64,000 nucleotides of DNA from an uncultured Pelagibacteraceae bacterium. Its GTDB lineage: Bacteria; Pseudomonadota; Alphaproteobacteria; Pelagibacterales; Pelagibacteraceae. Position 1 is the first letter of the stretch; each line of letters starts with the position of its first letter. The translations under genes and the position numbers were made by a program. Where the stretch lies: NCBI GenBank assembly GCA_902629695.1, contig CACORY010000001.1, positions 28,566 to 92,565 of the forward strand, read 5' to 3'. The notes under the pieces were generated by a model, which worked only from the letters and a program-made list of their open reading frames with translations, was not told where the DNA came from and ran no database searches. Shown one piece after another: positions 32,009 to 40,366 of the stretch.

Positions 32009-33748
32009 ATGGAATTAAACAAAATTAACAGTTTAGTAGAACTTTTTTTTATAAAATATGAAGAAAAGTTTCCCAAAGGTGCAAAGGCTTATGAAGAGAC
32101 TTTTTTAGTTTCACTTAAAAATAAAGATTTACCAGATACAAATTCTGGGCCGTTTACATATTCGTGGGGAAACGTTGATACAAAAATAAAGATATTATCA
32201 AACTATTTGGGAAAAATTATTTCTAAAGGCGATAGATGTATTTTATTATCAGAAAATCGACCTGAATGGTTAATATCTGATATAGCAATAATGAATGCAG
32301 GCGGGGTTACTGTTCCACTTTTTACAACTTATTCTGAAAAAGATTATGAATATATAATCAATAATTGTGAACCCAAAGTATGTATTGTATCTAATTTTTC
32401 ACAATTTGAAAAAATTAAAAATGATATTAAAGAAAATACAATTGTAATTTCAATGGATAAATTTGATGGTGAAATAGAATTTTTAGAAAATATTTTTTCT
32501 AAAGCTGAATATAATATAAAGACTTCAACTGAAAGTATAAAATTTTATAATAATAATTTAAGAAGAAATGATTTAGCTTGTATAATTTACACGTCAGGAA
32601 CTACTGGAAATCCAAAGGGAGTAATGTTAAGCCATGGGGGCATTTTATCAAATTGTGAAGGTGCACAAGAAATTTTAGATACATTAGTTAAAAATAAAAA
32701 ACCAGTTTTTTTAACTTGGTTACCATTATCTCACTCGTATGAACATACTGTTCAATATGTACAAATATTACTAGGAGCAAAAATTTATTATGCTGAAAGT
32801 TTAGAAAAATTGCTACCCAATATGGCTTTGGCAAAACCTACTATTATGACTGCTGTCCCAAGATTTTACCAAAATTTATATAGTAAAATTTTCCTCAACT
32901 TTTCAAAACAAAAAGGTTTCAAAAAAAAATTGATAGAAAATACTATCTTAATAGGTACTAAAAATTTAAACAATCAAGAATTAAGTTTTAAGGAAAAAAT
33001 CATAGATTTTTTTTGTGAAATTTTGGTGAGAAAAAAAATCAAAAAACAGTTTGGTGGAGAGTTAAAAGCGTTTGTATCCGGTGGTGGAGCTTTAGACCAA
33101 AAAATAGGTGAATTTTTGAATTCTATAGGCTTACCAACTTTACAAGGATATGGCTTAACTGAGACTTCGCCTGTTGTAAGTTGTAATATCCCAGGAAAAA
33201 TTGAAATTGAGACAGTTGGCCCACCTTTTAAAACGAATAAAGTAAAAATCGCTGATGATGGAGAAATTCTGGTTAAGGGTGAAAACGTTATGCTTGGTTA
33301 TTGGAATATGAAAAAAGAAACTGATGATATTTTAAAAGATGGTTGGTTACATACAGGTGATATTGGTGAGATAACTAATGAAGGTAATTTAAAGATAACT
33401 GATAGAAAAAAAGAAATAATAGTTAACCTGGGTGGAGATAATATATCCCCATCTAAAATTGAAAATTTATTATGTTTAAATGAAAAAATTAAACAAAGTT
33501 TAGTTTATGGAGATAAAAAAACTTATTTAGTTGCATTAATTGTAACTGAAAGCGAAGAAAACAAAAAAGAAATTGAGTTTTATTTAGAAAATTTAAATAA
33601 AAGTTTATCTTTAATTGAAAAAGTTAAAAAATTTAAATTAATTAAAGAAGAATTTACAATTGAAAATGGGATGTTAACACCAACTTTAAAATTAAAAAGA
33701 AAAAAAATTTTAGAAAAATACAAAAAGGATTTGGAAAAACTTTATTAA
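32009..33748 (+). CDS. fadD: Long-chain fatty acid-CoA ligase (AMP-binding)
   Basis: IYTSGTTGNPKG, QGYGLTETSP, WLHTGDIG, DRKKE; start reassigned to ATG 32009 because the ORF-track N-terminus is tRNA sequence. Confidence 0.9.
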   Translation: MELNKINSLVELFFIKYEEKFPKGAKAYEETFLVSLKNKDLPDTNSGPFTYSWGNVDTKIKILSNYLGKIISKGDRCILLSENRPEWLISDIAIMNAGGVTVPLFTTYSEKDYEYIINNCEPKVCIVSNFSQFEKIKNDIKENTIVISMDKFDGEIEFLENIFSKAEYNIKTSTESIKFYNNNLRRNDLACIIYTSGTTGNPKGVMLSHGGILSNCEGAQEILDTLVKNKKPVFLTWLPLSHSYEHTVQYVQILLGAKIYYAESLEKLLPNMALAKPTIMTAVPRFYQNLYSKIFLNFSKQKGFKKKLIENTILIGTKNLNNQELSFKEKIIDFFCEILVRKKIKKQFGGELKAFVSGGGALDQKIGEFLNSIGLPTLQGYGLTETSPVVSCNIPGKIEIETVGPPFKTNKVKIADDGEILVKGENVMLGYWNMKKETDDILKDGWLHTGDIGEITNEGNLKITDRKKEIIVNLGGDNISPSKIENLLCLNEKIKQSLVYGDKKTYLVALIVTESEENKKEIEFYLENLNKSLSLIEKVKKFKLIKEEFTIENGMLTPTLKLKRKKILEKYKKDLEKLY

Positions 33749-33855
33749 ATTAATTGATTATTTAACGCATAAACACTATCTTTTTTAGTCATATCAACAA
33801 AATAATTTAATTTTTTTTTTTAGTTTTTGTAAAAAATTTTTTGTTAATTTAAGAA

Positions 33856-33884
33856 TTGACATAACGTGTATAAAAAAATAAAAA
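33856..33884 (+). promoter_or_regulatory. Putative sigma70 promoter for the basic micropeptide
   Basis: Perfect TTGACA at 33856, 17-nt spacer, TAAAAA; followed by a 5' hairpin (CGAATCAA-T-TTGATTCG) and a GGGAG SD. Confidence 0.6.
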
Positions 33885-33935
33885 TAACGTAATAGCGAAT
33901 CAATTTGATTCGTTTAACTTAAAAGGGAGCTAAAG

Positions 33936-34013
33936 ATGCCTAAGAGAAGAAAAAAAGCAAAGAAGGCTAAGAAAAAAGCTAAGAAAAAAGCTAAAAAAAG
34001 AAGAAGAAGATAA
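33936..34013 (+). CDS. 25-aa hyper-basic protamine/histone-H1-like micropeptide (absent from ORF track)
   Basis: MPKRRKKAKKAKKKAKKKAKKRRRR*; AAGGGAG SD 6 nt upstream; tandem TAATAA stops; own promoter and terminator. Confidence 0.75.
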   Translation: MPKRRKKAKKAKKKAKKKAKKRRRR

Positions 34014-34033
34014 TAACTTAGTATTCTTTAATT

Positions 34034-34076
34034 AAAACGCTTCTCATAACTTTATGTGTGAGAGGCGTTTTTTTTT
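34034..34076. terminator. Strong, probably bidirectional intrinsic terminator
   Basis: AAAACGCTTCTCATA...TGTGAGAGGCGTTTT stem with a 9-T tract on the + strand, between the convergent micropeptide and carD. Confidence 0.85.
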
Positions 34077-34944
34077 AATCTTCTATTGTTTCATCATTAT
34101 CAGAAATTTGATCTTCCTCAGGCACTTCAGTCGAAGCACTTTTTGCAATTGGTGTAACATTTTTAGATTGTTGAGCTTCCAAATTTCTTTTTAGTGCTTT
34201 ATCTAATTTTTTTTGAGTGTCTTCAATTGAGATGTTTAAAATTATTTGAAACTCTGACAGAATTCTTTCATAAGCTTTTTCAAACAGTTGTCTTTCACTG
34301 TATGATTGATCAACCATAAGATCATCGCCCTTATTTAGATCCCTTACTACTTCGGCTAATTCATAAATTTTCCCTGAAGATATTTTGGCTTCATATTCTT
34401 GTGCTCTTCTACTCCACATTGATCTTTTAATTTTTGGTTTACTTTTCAAAATTGAAATACATTTATTGACTTGATTAATTGTAGCTAAAGGCCTTAAATG
34501 TGTCTGTTTATTTACAGGAACCATGCCGTTAGCTTTATCTTTATCAAACTTAATGATATAGGTTTCAACATCAATCCCACCAATATTTATTTTTTTAAAT
34601 TCAGTAATCTGACCTACGCCGTGTTTTGGATAAACAACATAATCTTTTACTTTATACTCCTTTTTTTGGGTTTCTTGTTTTTTGACTTTTTTAATCTCTG
34701 GTTTAACTTCATTACTTTTTGGGATTCTTAAATTTTCATTTTTTACATCTTTAGATTTTTTAGGGTCAGATTTTGATAATTTTTTTATAATACCCTTTTT
34801 TTCTTTTTGAATACTTTTAATTTGATATTTTTTTTTTGAAGGCTTATTCGATTTTTTTACTTTTTTAGCAGCTTTTTTTTTAACTTTTTTAACTTTTTTT
34901 TTAAATGTTTTCTTTAAAATATTTTTCAAACTTATTTTTTTCAT
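34075..34944 (-). CDS. carD: CarD/CdnL family transcription regulator with Lys-rich N-terminal extension
   Basis: [39 protein letters not shown]; start at 34944 or 34959. Confidence 0.92.
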   Translation of the reverse strand: MKKISLKNILKKTFKKKVKKVKKKAAKKVKKSNKPSKKKYQIKSIQKEKKGIIKKLSKSDPKKSKDVKNENLRIPKSNEVKPEIKKVKKQETQKKEYKVKDYVVYPKHGVGQITEFKKINIGGIDVETYIIKFDKDKANGMVPVNKQTHLRPLATINQVNKCISILKSKPKIKRSMWSRRAQEYEAKISSGKIYELAEVVRDLNKGDDLMVDQSYSERQLFEKAYERILSEFQIILNISIEDTQKKLDKALKRNLEAQQSKNVTPIAKSASTEVPEEDQISDNDETIED

Positions 34945-35227
34945 TCTTATATTTTTCATGATCCACTGGAGGATCTTTTTTTTTATTTATATTAGGCCAG
35001 ATTTCAGAATACTTTTTATTGACCTCTAACCACTTTTCGCTCCCAGGTTCAGTATCTGCAGTGATAGCATCAACGGGACACTCTGGTTCACAAACGCCAC
35101 AATCTATACACTCATCCGGTTTAATTACAAGCATATTTTTTCCTTCATAAAAACAATCTACTGGACAGACTTCAACACAATCCATTAATTTACATCTAAT
35201 GCATTTATCATTTACTATATATGTCAT
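34901..35227 (-). CDS. fdxA: Ferredoxin (FdxA type)
   Basis: [30 protein letters not shown]. Confidence 0.95.
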   Translation of the reverse strand: MTYIVNDKCIRCKLMDCVEVCPVDCFYEGKNMLVIKPDECIDCGVCEPECPVDAITADTEPGSEKWLEVNKKYSEIWPNINKKKDPPVDHEKYKNEKNKFEKYFKENI

Positions 35228-35640
35228 TCAGAAATTTCTTTCTTAATTTTCTCTTTTATATTTCCCATAGTTCTACTGTCGATATAAAGCAATCCAGCAA
35301 GTTTTCTCATTAATCCTGTTTCATAAATATCAGCTTCTTGATTTGAATAAATAATTTTCCATAAAGTTTCTACAATTTTAACTTTGTTTTCGTGTGACAT
35401 ATTTTTAACTTCTTTTGTAAAATCAAGTATTTGAATAGAATTTGCCTCGATTTGTTCAGCTTTTTTTAAAATATTATCTATATTTTCATTTTTCTTATTA
35501 AATTCACTTATAGTTTTTTTGATTATATTTTTTTCGTCAGTAGAGTAATTTTCATCAATTTTTGCCGCATGCACTAACAATGCACATACTTTAATTAAAT
35601 CCTCGTTATCACTTATATTCTTATTTTTTCTAAAAAACAT
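35224..35640 (-). CDS. TerB family protein
   Basis: [11 protein letters not shown]...E, LW.IIYS...[12 protein letters not shown]. Confidence 0.8.
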   Translation of the reverse strand: MFFRKNKNISDNEDLIKVCALLVHAAKIDENYSTDEKNIIKKTISEFNKKNENIDNILKKAEQIEANSIQILDFTKEVKNMSHENKVKIVETLWKIIYSNQEADIYETGLMRKLAGLLYIDSRTMGNIKEKIKKEISE

Positions 35641-35645
35641 AAAAT

Positions 35646-38132
35646 TTAATTTAAATCTAAATTTTTTAATACACCAAACGGACTTTCTTTTTGTGTTTTT
35701 TCATTGAATATTTTTCTTTTAATTTTTTTAGGGACATAAGTAAAAAATGTATCTGCATCTTTTTGAAATACTTTATAGTTCATGTTTTGAAGAAGTTTTT
35801 TAAAGTTATCTTTACTACATCCCAGCAAATTTAGCATTTCAGGTATCATTTTAATTTGTTGATTTTTTATTTTTTGAGTGTCCGAACTAATTATTTGCAT
35901 AAATAATCTCTCTAAAATGTCAATTCTTACATAAAAATTATCAAAACTTTCAAATCCACATAACAACATAAAACTTTTATTCTTTATCTTATTGTTATCT
36001 AAAAAATTTAAACCAAAAGTTGGCGGTTTAAGATTAAAGTATTTTTGATGATAATTTTTCCAAAGCAATGTTCTTAAAGAAACAGCTTCTGGTTTTATTA
36101 ATTTATAAAGAAATATGTGATACCTTCCAAATTTGACACCTAAGTCCCTTAAAATTTTTCTGTCATTTTGTTCTAAATCTTTAATATATTCATAAACATT
36201 TTCTCTTTTTAAAACACCATTATTTTCATATAATTGGTACGCCAATGCTTTTACAGAGGATTTTTTTTCTTTAAGATTTTTTAAATCAATTAAGCTCTTT
36301 AAAATTATTGAAATTTTTTCTTTTATCCATTTTTCTATGAAAAGGATAAGTTTTTGTTTTTGATCTTGTTCGATAATATCGTCAACAATTAAATCAAATT
36401 TAGGTGACAAATAATCTCTGCCAGGTAAAATTCTTGCTATAGCAAATTCATTCCAATAAATTTTGAAATCATCACTTAAATTTATAAGGCCGGTATCTAT
36501 TATTAGTTTAATCCTTTTATTTAGTTCAGGACCAATTGTTTTCCTTGCTGCTTTCTTAAGAGATTTTACATCTGTTTCAAGAGATCCCTTTTTTAAATCT
36601 AGTTGTAATTTTAGACCATTAATTTTTCCAATAAATTGATCATCAATAATAACATCATTATTTTCTAAAATTTTTGTTTCAAATTCCATGTCTTGTTTTA
36701 AACCCCTTGCAAGAACACTTGCTCTTTTATCAATAAAAGTTTTTGTAAGTTCTTCATGAAGCCTATTTGAGAGTTTGTCTTCTAATAATTTTGTTTTTTC
36801 TATCCAATAAAATTGATTTTCTACCCAATTATTTTTATTAGAAACATAAGACCAAGTTCTAACATTTGCAATTCTATTTGATAAAGAATCAACATTTCCT
36901 TCTAATTTGTTAAGTTTCATGAGCTGTAGATGCATAAAGTCATCAGAAATTTTGCCATTTTGACTATTTAAGTAATTAAAGACATTTTTGATTACATCAT
37001 AGTGATTACCATAAGTTTTTTTAACAAAATCAGGTATTTGACAACACTCCCATAATAAACTTAATTTTTCTTTGCTAAAATTGATATCTTCAAAACTTTT
37101 GTCTCTTAAAAAAAATTTAAGAGCTTTTTCATCTTCACATTCATGCACTTTCCTAAGCCATCCATACAGTGGCTTTTTATCTAAAGATCTAATTAATGAT
37201 AAAGGATTATTAAAATCTAAATCTGAATTTCTCCAAAAAAGATTTTGAATATTTTCAAATTTATGGTTTTCCAATAAATCAACATCTTCTGCATTAATTT
37301 CCTTACATTGACCAGTTATCCCAAAATTTCCATCATTAAGATATCTTCCTGCTCTACCAGCAACCTGACCGATTTCTGATAAATTTAACTTCCTTAATTT
37401 TTTTCCATCAAATTTTTTGAGATTTGAAAAAAAAACGTTATTTAAATCCATATTTATACCCATCCCAATTGCATCAGTTGCAACCAAAAAATCAACATCA
37501 CCTGATTGATAAAGATCCACTTGAGCATTTCTTGTTTTCGGACTCAGAGAACCCATTACGATAGCAGCTCCACCTTTTTGTCTTCTAATGAGTTCCGCTA
37601 TCGCGTAAACTTCTTCAGAAGAAAAAGCAATTATGGCTGTTTTTCTATCAATTCTTGAAATTTTTTTATGTCCTACGTAGGAGAGTTTTGATAATCTTTC
37701 TCTATTAATAAATTCTACATCTTCATCTAATTTTGAAATAATGTTTTTAATAGTATTTGATCCCATCAACATAGTTAACTTATTACCTCGAGTATTTAAT
37801 AATCTTTCAGTAAAAATGTGTCCACGTTCATGATCCGAACACATCTGAATTTCATCAACCGCAACAAAATCTAATTCTTTATCAACTGGCATAGATTCTA
37901 CTGTACAAAGAAAATATTTCGCATTTGATGGAATGATTTTTTCTTCACCCGTTATTAACGCAACTTTATTAATATTGGTTTTTTTGACAACTTTGTCATA
38001 AACCTCTCTAGCTAATAATCTTAAAGGAAAACCGATCATACCACTGTCGAATGAAAGCATTGTTTCAATAGCTAAATGAGTTTTACCAGTATTGGTTGGA
38101 CCTAAAACTGCAGTAATTTTATTTTTTCTCAT
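35646..38132 (-). CDS. Suv3/MgpS-like SF2 helicase
   Basis: GPTNTGKT, PLRLLARE, DEIQ, ATDAIGMGIN, QVAGRAGR. Confidence 0.92.
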   Translation of the reverse strand: MRKNKITAVLGPTNTGKTHLAIETMLSFDSGMIGFPLRLLAREVYDKVVKKTNINKVALITGEEKIIPSNAKYFLCTVESMPVDKELDFVAVDEIQMCSDHERGHIFTERLLNTRGNKLTMLMGSNTIKNIISKLDEDVEFINRERLSKLSYVGHKKISRIDRKTAIIAFSSEEVYAIAELIRRQKGGAAIVMGSLSPKTRNAQVDLYQSGDVDFLVATDAIGMGINMDLNNVFFSNLKKFDGKKLRKLNLSEIGQVAGRAGRYLNDGNFGITGQCKEINAEDVDLLENHKFENIQNLFWRNSDLDFNNPLSLIRSLDKKPLYGWLRKVHECEDEKALKFFLRDKSFEDINFSKEKLSLLWECCQIPDFVKKTYGNHYDVIKNVFNYLNSQNGKISDDFMHLQLMKLNKLEGNVDSLSNRIANVRTWSYVSNKNNWVENQFYWIEKTKLLEDKLSNRLHEELTKTFIDKRASVLARGLKQDMEFETKILENNDVIIDDQFIGKINGLKLQLDLKKGSLETDVKSLKKAARKTIGPELNKRIKLIIDTGLINLSDDFKIYWNEFAIARILPGRDYLSPKFDLIVDDIIEQDQKQKLILFIEKWIKEKISIILKSLIDLKNLKEKKSSVKALAYQLYENNGVLKRENVYEYIKDLEQNDRKILRDLGVKFGRYHIFLYKLIKPEAVSLRTLLWKNYHQKYFNLKPPTFGLNFLDNNKIKNKSFMLLCGFESFDNFYVRIDILERLFMQIISSDTQKIKNQQIKMIPEMLNLLGCSKDNFKKLLQNMNYKVFQKDADTFFTYVPKKIKRKIFNEKTQKESPFGVLKNLDLN

Positions 38133-38305
38133 TTCTATCTTTGGTATATCTTTTTTTTTACCTACAAGATGTTGTTAGTGTTAAAGAACAAAAATAGTCT
38201 AAAACATGACCGAATCGTAGGATTAAAAGTTCTCATTTTAACAATTATGAGAAATCATTTTAGCATAATTAAAATTATTTCTACATCAATTATTGTTAAA
38301 ATATT

Positions 38306-38731
38306 TTATCCGCCTGGACCTAGGTTAATAGGTTTAATTTTTAATATTTTCCAAACTCCTGAAGCAGAAGTAATAATCTTATTATTAGTTTTTAATTCGC
38401 AAAATAAAAAAACTAATGTTTTAGTTTTTTTTAAAATTTTTACCTTTCCAATTATTTCGTCACCTAATTTTGAAGCACCAATAAACTTAAGATCTAATGA
38501 AATAGTTACGCATGGGGCATTATCTACTGATCGATGAGCGGCTGTTCCAGCTCCAGCATCCACTAAAGCTGACAAGTATCCTCCATGGGTAATACCAGCT
38601 GCGTTTAAATGATTTTCATTAATAGAAGATTTAAATTCATATTCAGACTCAGAAATATTTCTAAACATGACACCACCGTTATGTTTCATGAAACCTGGTT
38701 TCAAACTTATTTGTTCAAATTTACTTGACAT
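38306..38731 (-). CDS. PaaI family hotdog thioesterase
   Basis: HLNAAGITHGGYLSALVD. Confidence 0.9.
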   Translation of the reverse strand: MSSKFEQISLKPGFMKHNGGVMFRNISESEYEFKSSINENHLNAAGITHGGYLSALVDAGAGTAAHRSVDNAPCVTISLDLKFIGASKLGDEIIGKVKILKKTKTLVFLFCELKTNNKIITSASGVWKILKIKPINLGPGG

Positions 38732-38734
38732 TTT

Positions 38735-38833
38735 TTACAATATAAAAGTTAAGATTAATATAATAATAAAAATAATCACAAAAAAGTAAATAACTGATCT
38801 CTGAAGAGAAGCATTAATAAGCCAATCAAACAT
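38735..38833 (-). CDS. Putative 32-aa single-pass membrane microprotein (absent from ORF track)
   Basis: MFDWLINASLQRSVIYFFVIIFIIILILTFIL*; AAGGGA SD; fills the gap between tRNA-Arg and the PaaI gene almost exactly. Confidence 0.55.
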   Translation of the reverse strand: MFDWLINASLQRSVIYFFVIIFIIILILTFIL

Positions 38834-38845
38834 AAATTTCCCTTT

Positions 38846-38922
38846 TGGTGCACCTGCTAGGAGTTGAACCCAGAACCTCCTGGTCCGTAGCCAAGCGCTC
38901 TATCCAGTTGAGCTACAGGTGC
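38846..38922 (-). tRNA. tRNA-Arg(ACG)
   Basis: GCACCTG/CAGGTGC acceptor stem, CT-ACG-GA anticodon loop, TTCAA T-loop, encoded CCA. Confidence 0.96.
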
Positions 38923-38982
38923 ATTTAATTTCTTATTTTATTATAGTATATTTATTTTTATTATATTTAAATTTAATATTTT

Positions 38983-40158
38983 ATGATTGAAAATTCAGAA
39001 GAAGTAGTCATTATATGCGCACTAAGAACACCGATTGGTGCATATAATGGAGAATTGAAAAATATCAAATCTCATGAACTTGGATCAATAATTATTAAAG
39101 GTATTTTAGAACGATCAAAATTTAGCAGCAATGAAATTGATGAGGTAATAATGGGTCAAGTATTAACTACAGGTGCCGGACAAAACCCAGCAAGACAAGC
39201 TGCAGTTCACGCTGGTATACCAATTTCAAAACCAGCATATATTGTAAATCAAGTATGTGGATCTGGACTTAGAGCTGTAATATCTGGTTATCAATCTATT
39301 AAATTAGGTGAGGCAAAAAATATAATTTCTGGAGGACAAGAAAATATGTCGATAACCCCTCACTCTATTTTTTATAAAGATAAAATACGTATTTCAAAAG
39401 AAAATTTGATAAATACAATGATTAATGATGGATTGTTAGATGCTTTTAATGATTATCATATGGGAGTAACAGCAGAAAATATTGCACAACAATTTAATAT
39501 TTCCAGACAAGAACAAGATGAATTTGCATTATTATCTCAAAAAAAAACAGAAAATGCTATCAATCAAAATAAATTTAAAGATGAAATTATAAAGATTAAT
39601 CAAAATGGTACATTTTTGAGTAAAGATGAACATCCGAGAGAAGGATTAGATATTTCAGATTTAAAAAAATTAAAGACAGTTTTTTTGAAAAATGGAACAG
39701 TTACTCCTGGAAATTCATCTGGAATAAATGATGGGGCTGCTGCTTTATTATTAACTACTTTAAATGAGGCAAAAAAAAAATCTATAAAACCGCTGGCTAG
39801 GATAGTTTCATGGAGTTCAGTTGGAGTGGAACCTGCTTTAATGGGTCTTGGACCTATAGAGGCTGTACGCAAAGCAACTCATAAAGCCAAGTGGAATATA
39901 GAAGATATTGATTTGTTTGAAATTAATGAGGCTTTTGCTGCGCAAAGTATTGCAGTAATTAAGGAATTAGGTATTGAGCCAAAAAAAGTAAATGTAAATG
40001 GCGGAGCCATAGCGCTTGGACACCCTATTGGGGCCTCTGGAGCAAGAATACTGGTAACATTAATACATGAAATGATTAAACAAAAAAAAAATAAAGGTTG
40101 TGTGTCTCTTTGTATTGGAGGAGGGATGGGTATAGCTTTATGTATTGAGAGAATTTAG
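38983..40158 (+). CDS. Acetyl-CoA C-acetyltransferase (thiolase)
   Basis: [29 protein letters not shown]. Confidence 0.95.
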   Translation: MIENSEEVVIICALRTPIGAYNGELKNIKSHELGSIIIKGILERSKFSSNEIDEVIMGQVLTTGAGQNPARQAAVHAGIPISKPAYIVNQVCGSGLRAVISGYQSIKLGEAKNIISGGQENMSITPHSIFYKDKIRISKENLINTMINDGLLDAFNDYHMGVTAENIAQQFNISRQEQDEFALLSQKKTENAINQNKFKDEIIKINQNGTFLSKDEHPREGLDISDLKKLKTVFLKNGTVTPGNSSGINDGAAALLLTTLNEAKKKSIKPLARIVSWSSVGVEPALMGLGPIEAVRKATHKAKWNIEDIDLFEINEAFAAQSIAVIKELGIEPKKVNVNGGAIALGHPIGASGARILVTLIHEMIKQKKNKGCVSLCIGGGMGIALCIERI

Positions 40159-40271
40159 GAATTAATTTTTCCGTATTTCTCTTCTAATAAAATTTTTTGT
40201 ATCCAAGTTTTAGCATCTATACACGGGCTAACTTTTGGTTGAATAAGTAAATTTAATAACTTTTTAATCAT
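40155..40271 (-). CDS. Possible 38-aa hypothetical protein (absent from ORF track)
   Basis: [38 protein letters not shown]; stop overlaps the thiolase stop; fills an otherwise long intergenic gap. Confidence 0.4.
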   Translation of the reverse strand: MIKKLLNLLIQPKVSPCIDAKTWIQKILLEEKYGKINS

Positions 40272-40366
40272 TTTTGAAGCATGCACTTAAAGAATGTCAA
40301 AAAATTGGACATAATGTGTTAGAATTAGAAGATAAGTAACTTTTATGGTGTATAAGCCTTAAACAA

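Noticed and set aside
38230-38253. TTCTCAT-N10-ATGAGAA inverted repeat upstream of the helicase
   Set aside because: Short AT-rich arms that are plausible by chance, with no supporting second copy.
38169-38537. 122-aa plus-strand ORF
   Set aside because: Mostly antisense to the PaaI gene, with no recognisable motif.
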